The notes under the pieces: generated by a model
Database searches by the model: none
Told to the model about the DNA's origin: nothing
The model's input: the letters and a program-made list of their open reading frames with translations, nothing else
Made by a program: the position numbers and the translations under genes
Source: a bacterium
Lineage (GTDB): Bacteria; Patescibacteriota; Minisyncoccia; Phycocordibacterales; UBA9973
Direction: 5' to 3'
Assembly (NCBI GenBank): GCA_027484965.1
Contig: JAIXRY010000006.1
Coordinates: 1,738-65,737, forward strand
DNA length: 64,000 nt
In this document: piece by piece, positions 28,080 to 36,697 of the stretch
Layout: every line of letters starts with the position of its first letter
Numbering within the stretch: position 1 is the stretch's first letter

Positions 28080-28517
28080 ATGAAGGTATATATCGCTTCA
28101 GACCATGCTGGATTTTCTCTGAAAGAAATACTAGTCCCGTTTATTTCATCTCTTGGATATTTAGTATCTGATCTTGGTCCTACAACATATAATGAAGATG
28201 ATGATTACCCATCTCTTGTGCGCCCTGTTGGGTCGCTTGTTTCTCATGAATCTGACGCTTTTGGTATTATTATTGGCGGATCTGGTGAAGGTGAGGCAAT
28301 GGTGGTAAATCACATGGAAGGTATTAGATGTGCTGAATATTATGGTGGAAGTCTCGATATTCCAAAGCTTGCACGTGAACACAATAATGCAAATATACTA
28401 TCTTTAGGAGCGCGTTTTGTAACAGAACATGAAGCAAAAGATGCTGTACAGATATTTTTGGAAACACCATTTTCTGGAGAAGAAAGACATAAGAGAAGAA
28501 TAGAAGAAATAGAATAA
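28080..28517 (+). CDS. rpiB: ribose-5-phosphate isomerase B
   Basis: MKVYIASDHAGFSLKE...GIIIGGSGEGEAMVVNHMEGIRCAEY is the RpiB/LacAB signature, including the catalytic Cys. Confidence 0.85.
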   Translation: MKVYIASDHAGFSLKEILVPFISSLGYLVSDLGPTTYNEDDDYPSLVRPVGSLVSHESDAFGIIIGGSGEGEAMVVNHMEGIRCAEYYGGSLDIPKLAREHNNANILSLGARFVTEHEAKDAVQIFLETPFSGEERHKRRIEEIE

Positions 28518-28518
28518 T

Positions 28519-28575
28519 ATGAAAGAAATAATTCCCGCAATAATGCCACGTAATTTTTTTTTTTTTTTTTAAAAG
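28519..28575 (+). other. upstream in-frame segment of the rpe-like gene (MKEIIPAIMPRNFFFFF) ending in TAA at the 3' edge of a T17 tract
   Basis: ATG at 28519 is in the same frame as ATG 28576. IIPAIMPRNF aligns with the RPE N-terminal motif IAPSILSADF. A T17 run (28554-28570) encodes FFFFF, and TAA lies at 28570-28572. Confidence 0.5.
28554..28570. repeat. homopolymeric T17 tract inside or adjacent to the rpe-like coding frame
   Basis: 17 consecutive T residues. Confidence 0.9.
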
Positions 28576-29202
28576 ATGTCACTAGTTGATGGCTTTGTTT
28601 CAACTGTGCAGATAGACCTCTGTGATGGTATTTATGTGCACACTAAGACCTGGCCATATCATCCTAAAGATGAAAATTCTTTGGAGATTATTTTTTCTGA
28701 AGAAGAAGGTATGCCTTTCTGGGAAACTCTTGATCTAGAGATTGATTGTATGGTCAAAAACCCTGCAAAAGAACTAGAGACTATTATAAGATTTGGTCCA
28801 AAGAGAATAGTCTTTCATTTAAAAAGTCTGGAAAATCCAAAAGAGTTTTTTGAAACTCTAGATCCATACATAAAAGAACAATGTGAAATTGGTCTTGCTA
28901 TAGTACCTGAAACAAATATTTCTGAAATAGAAAATCTTATTGAAGAAATTGATTTTATTCAATGTATGGGTATTGATGAAATAGGTTTTCAAGGTAATCC
29001 TTTTGATAAAAAAGTTTTAGATCAAGTAAGAGAAATAAAACAAAAATATCCTCACATGATAGTGAGTGTTGACGGCGCTGTTAATGAAAATACTATAGAA
29101 GAATTAAATAATGCCGGGGTAGATAGGTTTGTGATAGGATCTGCCATTTTTAACACAGAAAGCCCAGGATACACAGCTCAAAATTTTATCGACATGATAT
29201 AA
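28576..29202 (+). CDS. ribulose-phosphate 3-epimerase-like protein (divergent; canonical metal-binding His residues replaced)
   Basis: C-terminal SVDGAVN...AGVDRFVIGSAIF matches RPE EVDGGV...AGADMFVAGSAIF. IDLCDG and EIDCMV stand where RPE has H-x-D and H-L-M-V. Confidence 0.6.
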   Translation: MSLVDGFVSTVQIDLCDGIYVHTKTWPYHPKDENSLEIIFSEEEGMPFWETLDLEIDCMVKNPAKELETIIRFGPKRIVFHLKSLENPKEFFETLDPYIKEQCEIGLAIVPETNISEIENLIEEIDFIQCMGIDEIGFQGNPFDKKVLDQVREIKQKYPHMIVSVDGAVNENTIEELNNAGVDRFVIGSAIFNTESPGYTAQNFIDMI

Positions 29203-29209
29203 TTGCATC

Positions 29210-30067
29210 ATGGAACTCAATGATGAAAAAATTCTTGGACTAAGAGAAATCTCAAACAATATTCGTGAATCAATTGTAGAAATGCTTTTGTCTGCAGGAA
29301 GTGGGCACACAGCAGGACCTCTTGGAATGGCGGATGTTTTTACTATTTTATATTTTCATATTTTAAAACACGATCCAAAAAATATAGAATGGGAAGAACG
29401 CGATAGAGTGGTGCTCTCTAATGGTCATATTTGTCCTGTGTTATACGCAACAATGGCTCATGCAGGATATATGCCTGTATCAGAATTAAACACTCTCCGC
29501 AGATTTGGTAGTCGTCTGCAAGGACACCCTCATCGTGAATTCATGCCTTGGCTTGAAACAAGCTCTGGTCCGCTAGGTGAAGGTCTCTCTCAAGCTGTAG
29601 GAATGGCTATTGCTCTTCGTATAGACAATAAGAAGAATTTTACTTACTGTTTCTTGGGTGACGGTGAGCTCAATGAAGGGCAAAACTGGGAAGCGATAAT
29701 GCTTGCAGGAAAAGAAAGACTAGGGAAGCTTATAGTTTTCGTTGATCGTAACAATATTCAGATAGATGGTAATACAGAAGATATAATGCCACTCAATAGT
29801 CTTACTGCAAAATGGACTGCTTTCAACTGGCATGTTCAGGAAGTTGATGGACATAATTTTGAAATGATAAATGACGCTGTAGGTAAGGCTCATACAGTAC
29901 CAGAACAACCTTCTGTAATAATCTGCCGCACCATTCCCGGTAAAGGTGTTTTAGAATTCGAATATGATTATCACTGGCACGGCAAAGCTCCAAATAAAGA
30001 TGAAGCAAAGAAGGCTCTAGAAGAACTTCATACTTTAGGAGGTAAAATTAAAGCAGAACACCACTAG
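29210..30067 (+). CDS. transketolase, N-terminal (TPP-binding) subunit
   Basis: GSGHTAGPLGMADVF...WEERDRVVLSNGH...GDGELNEGQNWEA are transketolase N-domain motifs. 285 aa, so split-subunit architecture. Confidence 0.85.
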   Translation: MELNDEKILGLREISNNIRESIVEMLLSAGSGHTAGPLGMADVFTILYFHILKHDPKNIEWEERDRVVLSNGHICPVLYATMAHAGYMPVSELNTLRRFGSRLQGHPHREFMPWLETSSGPLGEGLSQAVGMAIALRIDNKKNFTYCFLGDGELNEGQNWEAIMLAGKERLGKLIVFVDRNNIQIDGNTEDIMPLNSLTAKWTAFNWHVQEVDGHNFEMINDAVGKAHTVPEQPSVIICRTIPGKGVLEFEYDYHWHGKAPNKDEAKKALEELHTLGGKIKAEHH

Positions 30068-30121
30068 GAGTAAAGTAGTTAGAAAATAGTAATTTAGTAT
30101 ATAGAAAATAAATACAAATGT

Positions 30122-30358
30122 ATGGAACATAATATAAAACCAGGACAACTATACAAACACTACAAAGGTGATACATATAAAATAATTACCCTTGCTAAAC
30201 ATTCAGAAACTGGAGATTGGCTCGTTGTATATGAAAGAATGACAGATTTTGTACATAATGGTGACTGGAAGATAAGAGCAAGACCTCTAGAATTATTTAC
30301 TGGAAAAGTAGAGATTGAAGGAAGAGAAATTCTAAGATTCGAATTTATTAGCGAATAA
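30122..30358 (+). CDS. DUF1653-like small protein (copy 1)
   Basis: MEHNIKPGQLYKHYKGDTYKII.LAKHSETGDWLVVYERM pattern; 78 aa. Confidence 0.5.
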   Translation: MEHNIKPGQLYKHYKGDTYKIITLAKHSETGDWLVVYERMTDFVHNGDWKIRARPLELFTGKVEIEGREILRFEFISE

Positions 30359-30367
30359 TAAATATAT

Positions 30368-30595
30368 ATGGACCATAATATAAAACCAGGACAATTATAC
30401 AAACACTTTAAAGGTGATACTATGAAAATTATTTGTATCGCCAAGGATTCTGAGACGTTAGAAGATATGGTTGTCTACGATCATATGGATACAGATGAGC
30501 GTGCAAATATTTGGGTTCGTAAAGTTTCGATGTTTTTGGAAACTATAGAGCGAGACGGAAAACAAATTAAAAGATTTGAACTTATTGAAGGGTAA
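30368..30595 (+). CDS. DUF1653-like small protein (copy 2, tandem paralog)
   Basis: MDHNIKPGQLYKHFKGDTMKIICIAKDSETLEDMVVYDHM; about 50% identical to copy 1; 75 aa. Confidence 0.5.
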   Translation: MDHNIKPGQLYKHFKGDTMKIICIAKDSETLEDMVVYDHMDTDERANIWVRKVSMFLETIERDGKQIKRFELIEG

Positions 30596-30596
30596 T

Positions 30597-31589
30597 ATGT
30601 TAAACAAAAATTTAAAATTAAATGAAAAAATGTTTGACCAAGATGTCGAGCAAATTCCTATTCGCCAAGGATTTGGGGAAGGTCTTCTAGAAGAGGGAAA
30701 ACACAATAAAGATATTGTTGCTCTTTGTGCTGACCTAACAGAATCTACAAAGATGAATTTGTTCGCTGAAGCCTTCCCAGATAGATTTGTGGAGATTGGA
30801 ATTGCAGAACAAAACCTCGCGTCTGTTGCTTCAGGAATGGCAGCAATAGGGAAGCTCCCTGTTATTTCTTCTTATGCAATGTTTTCTCCTGGACGTAATT
30901 GGGAACAAATTCGCACTACAATCTGCTACAACGATCGCCCTGTAATTATTGCAGGTTCTCATGCGGGGATATCGGTGGGCCCAGACGGAGGTACACATCA
31001 GGCAATAGAAGATATTGCAATTACACGCGTAATACCAAATATGATTGTTGTTTCTCCTTGTGATTCTATTGAAGCAAAGAAAGCTATACAAGCTCTTTTA
31101 AAAATTGGTAAGCCTGCATATATTCGACTTGCTCGTGAGAAGACACCTATTATGACTACACTTGAGACCCCTTTTGAATTAGGACAATCTCAAACTCTTT
31201 GGAAAGGAGAAAATCCAGAAGTCGCGATAATTGCAACAGGAGCTCTGGTCCACAAAGCACTTGTAGCAGCAAAGAAATTAGAAGAAATAGGAATATCTGT
31301 GAGTGTTACAAATCTTGCAACAATCAAGCCACTCGACGAAGAAAGTATCATTACTCTTGCAAAAGAATCTGGAGCGATTGTTACCGTAGAAGAGCATCAG
31401 ATTGCAGGAGGAATGGGGAGTGCTGTGGCAGAATGTCTCGCGCAGTATGCTCCTGTGCCTGTAGAATTTGTAGGAGTACGAGATTTATTTGGACAATCAG
31501 GGACACCCGATGAACTTATAGAATATTATGGAATGGGTATTTCTCATATAATGTCAGCAGTTAAGACTGTAATAGAGAGAAAAAAGTAA
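30597..31589 (+). CDS. transketolase, C-terminal (pyrimidine-binding plus C-terminal domain) subunit
   Basis: FGEGLLEEGKHNKDIVALCADLTESTKM...FVEIGIAEQNLASVASGMA motifs. The ORF-track start at 30576 overlaps the preceding gene; the Met at 30597 is more likely. The alternate-frame ORF 31199-31513 is an artefact. Confidence 0.85.
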   Translation: MLNKNLKLNEKMFDQDVEQIPIRQGFGEGLLEEGKHNKDIVALCADLTESTKMNLFAEAFPDRFVEIGIAEQNLASVASGMAAIGKLPVISSYAMFSPGRNWEQIRTTICYNDRPVIIAGSHAGISVGPDGGTHQAIEDIAITRVIPNMIVVSPCDSIEAKKAIQALLKIGKPAYIRLAREKTPIMTTLETPFELGQSQTLWKGENPEVAIIATGALVHKALVAAKKLEEIGISVSVTNLATIKPLDEESIITLAKESGAIVTVEEHQIAGGMGSAVAECLAQYAPVPVEFVGVRDLFGQSGTPDELIEYYGMGISHIMSAVKTVIERKK

Positions 31590-31594
31590 AATAA

Positions 31595-31620
31595 AAATCC
31601 GCCATTGGCGGATTTTTATT
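31595..31620. terminator. bidirectional terminator ATCCGCCATTGGCGGAT
   Basis: Hairpin flanked by an A-run and a T-run between convergent genes. Confidence 0.75.
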
Positions 31621-31622
31621 TT

Positions 31623-32633
31623 CTATATCTTTGTTAGTTTATATCCTTCAGGGAGATTTTTTAATTCAATTTCCATTTGATCCTTTTTAAGTAATCCTTC
31701 TTGCGCTCCTACATATTGTACAACAGAAGCAGAATTTATAGGTCCCCACATCAGCGCTTCTTCGAGTGTCTTACCTAGAGCAAGTGCGCAAGTTACTGTT
31801 GAAGCAAAAGCATCTCCAGCACCTGTACGTTCTACCGGAGCAGATTTATCTGGGTATATAGGTATTTGCCAGAGTGTATTTTCTTTGTATGCATACGCAC
31901 CATTTGGACCATCACTAATAACAACAATCTTTGGTCCAAGTTTTGAAAGTTCTTGTGAGAGTTTCAATACTTCAGCATCTTGCATGTCTAATATAGCGCG
32001 AGCCTCTTCAACATTACAGAAAAATACTTCAGTACGAGCATATAGTCTTGCAAGTTTTTCTTTACCAAGATTAATTTCATTTTTACCTGGTTGGAAGGCG
32101 AGTTTTATTTCAGGATTATTTTCTAGATATTCGGCAACAACATTATGAAAAGGAAAAGCAGTATTACTTACAGAACTAAAATACACCCACTTTGGTTTTC
32201 CAATACTTGGTAATTCGTAGGGATATTTTTCGTGTTTAATTAATATAGTTCTTTCTGTTTTATACCAGAGTACGTAGTGATAATTTGTTTTTATGCCTTT
32301 ATTGATTTTTACAAATTTTGTAGAAATATTCTCACTTTTTAGGTTATCAAGACAATCTTCTCCATATGTATCATCTCCAAGATTTGTTACTAGAGCTGTT
32401 TTCAATCCTAGACGCGCAGCAGAGACAGCAGCATTTGCAGCATTTCCTACAGCATTTAGTACATGTACTTCTTCATAAGGAATCTTGTCGGCAAAAGGAA
32501 TACAAATTTTGTAGTCTTCATGTCCTGCACTTCCTACTATATCCACACGGTCTTTATCTGTGAGTTTGATAAATGCGTCAATAACAGTATCTCCAATTGC
32601 TAAAAAATCATATTGTTTACTAAATAAATTCAT
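31623..32633 (-). CDS. PfkB-family carbohydrate kinase (ribokinase-like)
   Basis: FLAIGDTVIDAF N-terminal motif and C-terminal TGAGDAFASTV anion-hole motif. Confidence 0.75.
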   Translation of the reverse strand: MNLFSKQYDFLAIGDTVIDAFIKLTDKDRVDIVGSAGHEDYKICIPFADKIPYEEVHVLNAVGNAANAAVSAARLGLKTALVTNLGDDTYGEDCLDNLKSENISTKFVKINKGIKTNYHYVLWYKTERTILIKHEKYPYELPSIGKPKWVYFSSVSNTAFPFHNVVAEYLENNPEIKLAFQPGKNEINLGKEKLARLYARTEVFFCNVEEARAILDMQDAEVLKLSQELSKLGPKIVVISDGPNGAYAYKENTLWQIPIYPDKSAPVERTGAGDAFASTVTCALALGKTLEEALMWGPINSASVVQYVGAQEGLLKKDQMEIELKNLPEGYKLTKI

Positions 32634-32676
32634 AATGTTCTAATTTTATCTTTTATTATACTTACTATTGTAACAC

Positions 32677-33339
32677 ATGATATACTTTACTTATATGAAG
32701 CAATCAAGACTAGATTCACTTTCTGATGGTATTTTTTCTATTGTTATGACTATTTTGGTTTTCGAAATACACGTACCAGATTTTTTTGGTCGTATTTCAA
32801 ATCAAGATTTATTAATGACAATGATATCAATGTACCCATTGTTCTTAAGTTACTTGCTCTCATTTTTACTTTTGTTTACTTATTGGAGGAGTCATCATTA
32901 TATTGCTTCTGTCCTTGCAAAAAATATAGATATTCGTTTTAGTAATTTGAATGCATTATTTTTTATTTTCGTTTGTCTAATACCTTTCTCAGCTGCAACT
33001 CTCGGTAAATTTAGCTACACTCAAACATCCGTTATATTTTTTGCTGTGAATGTTATCTGTATTGGACTCTCATTATTTTGGATGAGAAAATATGTTCTCC
33101 TTTCTAATACTATTGAAAATACTCCTGTAACTGAAGTAGAGAATGAACATGCATATACAAGAATTCTTTTTCCTGTATTTGCGGCAATACTTGCTATCGT
33201 TATTAGTTTTTACAATATACAACTTTCTCTGTCATTATTTACTCTTGCTATATTTTTCAATTTATCTACAAGGAGTACAACATATACTTGGAAAATTTTA
33301 AATATATTTAGAAAAAAACAGAACGCTAATTTATTATAA
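32677..33339 (+). CDS. DUF1211 / TMEM175-like putative K+ channel family membrane protein
   Basis: RLDSLSDGIFSIVMTILVFEI matches the RxxxFSDGxFAIAxTLLVLE signature helix; multiple TM helices. Confidence 0.6.
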   Translation: MIYFTYMKQSRLDSLSDGIFSIVMTILVFEIHVPDFFGRISNQDLLMTMISMYPLFLSYLLSFLLLFTYWRSHHYIASVLAKNIDIRFSNLNALFFIFVCLIPFSAATLGKFSYTQTSVIFFAVNVICIGLSLFWMRKYVLLSNTIENTPVTEVENEHAYTRILFPVFAAILAIVISFYNIQLSLSLFTLAIFFNLSTRSTTYTWKILNIFRKKQNANLL

Positions 33340-33343
33340 TTAT

Positions 33344-34213
33344 ATGGAACAAAAAATAAAAACATTAAGAGAATATATAGAAGAAGCAAAAACACAAGGG
33401 AGAGCTGTGGGACATTTTAATATTTCAAATCTGGAAGCATTTCACGGGATAGTAAACGCAGCGACAAAACTCAATCTCCCTGTAATTATTGGAGTTTCGG
33501 AAGGAGAAGAAGCTTTTGTTGGTAGAGATGAAATTTTTGCTCTTGTAAAAGCAATGAAAGAACAAGGAAAACCCGTATTTCTTAATGCAGATCATCACTA
33601 TACTTTCGATAGTGTAAAAGCTTGTATTGATAGAGGTTTTGATTCTGTAATTGTTGATGGTGCAGCTCTTTCTTTTGAAGAAAACGTTGCTCTTGCTAAG
33701 AAGTGTGTGGAATATGCAAGAAATTGTGGGCGCGATGTTGTTGTAGAAGGTGAGCTTGGATATATTGGTCAATCTTCAAAAATACTAGAAGGTGTTCCAG
33801 AAGGAGTACTTTTAGATAGTCTTACAACAGCAAAAGATGCAAAAAGATTTGTGGAAGAAACAGGTGTAGATATGCTTGCTCCAGCTGTGGGTAATATTCA
33901 TGGAATGTTTAAAGGAGGAGTTGATCCAAGATTAAATATTGAGAGAATTAAAGAGATTAGTGATGCTGTAGGAATACCTCTAGTGCTTCATGGAGGATCA
34001 GGAAATGAAGCTGATTTTGCTGAAGCTATCAAAGCTGGTATGGCAATTGTGCATATCAATACCGAGATTCGTGTTGCATATAAAGAAGCTTTAGAAGAAA
34101 GTCTTGAAGCTCATCCTGAAGAAGTTGCACCTTATAAAATTCTCAAACCAACAGTTGAAGCTGTAGAAGAAAAAGTTATTGAGAAATTAAAATTGTTTAA
34201 TAATATTGATTAG
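33344..34213 (+). CDS. fba: class II fructose-bisphosphate aldolase
   Basis: AVGHFNISNLE...LNADHHYT...VIVDGAALSFEEN...NIHGMFKGG...LVLHGGSG are class II FBA/tagatose-bisphosphate aldolase motifs. Confidence 0.8.
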   Translation: MEQKIKTLREYIEEAKTQGRAVGHFNISNLEAFHGIVNAATKLNLPVIIGVSEGEEAFVGRDEIFALVKAMKEQGKPVFLNADHHYTFDSVKACIDRGFDSVIVDGAALSFEENVALAKKCVEYARNCGRDVVVEGELGYIGQSSKILEGVPEGVLLDSLTTAKDAKRFVEETGVDMLAPAVGNIHGMFKGGVDPRLNIERIKEISDAVGIPLVLHGGSGNEADFAEAIKAGMAIVHINTEIRVAYKEALEESLEAHPEEVAPYKILKPTVEAVEEKVIEKLKLFNNID

Positions 34214-34312
34214 CATAAAAAGCCCTACAAGAGGGTCTTTTTTATTAATCACAATAACAATTCCCACAAAACAAGACTATATTAACAAGCTATAATTTAG
34301 TATGATGTATAT

Positions 34313-35980
34313 ATGGAAATCATTGAACAAATAAAAAATATAATAGAGGGAGATGTAGATATTAGCAATGAGACTTTAACAAAATATTCTCATGATGCGA
34401 GTATCTTTGAAGTTAGACCAGAAATTGTTGTTTATCCAAAACATTCAAAAGATGTTCAAGCTCTAGTAAGATTTGTTCAAGAGCGTAAGCCTGGTATGGC
34501 TAAGCTTTCTATTACAATGCGTGCGGCTGGTACATGTATGTCTGGTGGAGCCATCAATGAATCAATCATTATGGATACTACTCGCTATATGAATAATGTT
34601 GTTTCTATTGAAAACAATGTTGCTATTGTTGAGCCTGGGTGCTTCTACAGAGACTTTGAAAAAGTTGTAGCAGAAAAAGGTCTCTTTATGCCCGCATACA
34701 CTGCTTCAAAAGAATTGTGTGCTGTTGGTGGAATGGTGGGTAATAATGCTGGTGGTGAAAAGTCTATTTCTCACGGAAAAGTTGAAAATTGGATAAAAGA
34801 ATTGAAAGTAGTATTCCGTGATGGATATGAATATACAATAAGACCTATTTCCAAAAAAGAACTATATGCAAAAATTGCTGAACCAGGACTTGAAAGTGAG
34901 TTGTATAGAGAAATGTATAAAATCATTACAGAAAATACTGCCCTCATAAAAGCTGGGAAGCCTCTAGTTTCAAAGAATTCTGCTGGATATTATCTTTGGA
35001 ATATATATGATGAAAATACAGAGATGTTCGACCTTTGTCGTCTCATAGTTGGGTCACAAGGAACACTTGGGGTGGTAACACAAATTAGTTTTAAATTAAT
35101 TCCAATACCAAAACAATCACAACTTCTTGTAATGTTTTTGCCTGACATAAAAAGATTGGGCGAACTTGTAGATATAATACTTCCTTTTGGTCCTGAAAGT
35201 ATTGAGTCTTATGATGACTATAGTTTGAAGCTTGCAATAAAGTTTTTTCCAGATTTTATGCGCACTATGAAGTTTTGGGATTTCATAAAGATGGGAATTT
35301 CTTTTATTCCTGAAGGATTTATGTTGCTTCAAAAAGGACTTCCAAAATTAGTTATGATTGTGGAGTGTGTGGGTGATAATCAAGAAGAACTTGATGAAAA
35401 GATGTCTAAACTCATCCGCGCGGTAGAACCTTTTGGTTATAAAACACGTTTAGCAAAAACAAAAGAACAGAGTGAAAAATATTGGCGTGTCCGTAGAGAG
35501 AGTTTCAATATGCTCCGCAAGCATATAAAAGGTAAGCATACAGCACCATTCATAGATGATATATGTGTTCTTCCAGAATATCTTCCTGAATTTTTGCCAA
35601 AACTTACTAATATCTTAGATGGTTATGGTTTTGTGTATACAATTGCAGGGCATGCAGGAAATGGAAATTTCCATATCATACCTTTGATGGATTTCTCTGA
35701 TCCAAAAACAAAAGATATTATTCTTGAGGTTTCTGATAAAGTGTATGATCTTGTAATTGGGTATCATGGGACGATTACAGCTGAACATAATGATGGTATC
35801 GTAAGAACTCCGTATCTGGAAAAGATGTACGGAAAAGAAATATATAATCTTTTTATTCAAACAAAGAAATTGTTCGACCCTCTCAACATATTCAATCCAG
35901 GTAAGAAAGTGGGGGGCACAAAAGAATATCTTGCAAATCATTTGTTGATAGAAAAACACGATAAAACTCATGTTTCATAA
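34313..35980 (+). CDS. FAD-linked oxidase (PCMH-type FAD-binding domain; GlcD/D-lactate dehydrogenase-like)
   Basis: VVYPKHSKDVQALVRFV...RAAGTCMSGGAI FAD-binding motif plus a C-terminal oxidase domain. Confidence 0.7.
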   Translation: MEIIEQIKNIIEGDVDISNETLTKYSHDASIFEVRPEIVVYPKHSKDVQALVRFVQERKPGMAKLSITMRAAGTCMSGGAINESIIMDTTRYMNNVVSIENNVAIVEPGCFYRDFEKVVAEKGLFMPAYTASKELCAVGGMVGNNAGGEKSISHGKVENWIKELKVVFRDGYEYTIRPISKKELYAKIAEPGLESELYREMYKIITENTALIKAGKPLVSKNSAGYYLWNIYDENTEMFDLCRLIVGSQGTLGVVTQISFKLIPIPKQSQLLVMFLPDIKRLGELVDIILPFGPESIESYDDYSLKLAIKFFPDFMRTMKFWDFIKMGISFIPEGFMLLQKGLPKLVMIVECVGDNQEELDEKMSKLIRAVEPFGYKTRLAKTKEQSEKYWRVRRESFNMLRKHIKGKHTAPFIDDICVLPEYLPEFLPKLTNILDGYGFVYTIAGHAGNGNFHIIPLMDFSDPKTKDIILEVSDKVYDLVIGYHGTITAEHNDGIVRTPYLEKMYGKEIYNLFIQTKKLFDPLNIFNPGKKVGGTKEYLANHLLIEKHDKTHVS

Positions 35981-36023
35981 GGGTTTTGTTGCCTAAAAAA
36001 CTTTTTTGTGTTACTATTCTTGA

Positions 36024-36656
36024 ATGCAAATATTAACCGCAACAAAACGAAGTAAGACAGACAAGATGGGAGATGTTCGTAACCAAGGACTCGTACCAGC
36101 TGTTATCTATGGCGCACGTGTGGAAAACACTCCAATCGCCATAAATAGTCGCGATTTTATAAAATTATTCAAAATAGCAGGTGAATCAAGTGCTATTGTT
36201 ATCGATCTTGAAGGAAAGAAAATTGACGCTCTTGTACAAGAAGTACAATATGAAGCAGTAAAAGGATACCCTTTACACGTAGACTTCCTAGCAATTGATG
36301 CAAGTAAACCTGTAACTGTTTCTGTAGCACTTACATTTGAAGGTGTGTCACCTGCAGTAAAAGGAAATCTTGGGTCACTTGTAAAAGTTATTCACGAAGT
36401 AGAAGTTAGTGCTCTTCCAAAAAATCTTCCTCATGAAATAGTTGTTTCTATCGAAAAACTAGTAACTCTTGAAGATCAAATTCATGTTTCAGATATAATT
36501 CTTCCAAAAGATGTGACAATGGAAACTGATGGAGAAGAAGTTGTAGCTCTCGTGGCTCCACAACAAGAAGAAAAAGAATCAGAACCTCTAGATATCTCTT
36601 CAATTGAAGTTGAAAAGAAAGGTAAAAAAGAGGAAGAAGAAGTTTCAGCGGAATAA
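36024..36656 (+). CDS. rplY: 50S ribosomal protein L25 / general stress protein Ctc
   Basis: RNQGLVPAVIYGARVENTPIAINSRDF signature and an acidic C-terminal tail. Confidence 0.8.
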   Translation: MQILTATKRSKTDKMGDVRNQGLVPAVIYGARVENTPIAINSRDFIKLFKIAGESSAIVIDLEGKKIDALVQEVQYEAVKGYPLHVDFLAIDASKPVTVSVALTFEGVSPAVKGNLGSLVKVIHEVEVSALPKNLPHEIVVSIEKLVTLEDQIHVSDIILPKDVTMETDGEEVVALVAPQQEEKESEPLDISSIEVEKKGKKEEEEVSAE

Positions 36657-36697
36657 TATAATATCTATACATATTCACAAAAAACCACCCCAAGAGG

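Noticed and set aside
31199-31513. 104-aa Cys/Arg-rich plus-strand ORF
   Set aside because: It lies in an alternate frame entirely inside the transketolase C-subunit gene, and its low-complexity RRK/C translation is a frame artefact.
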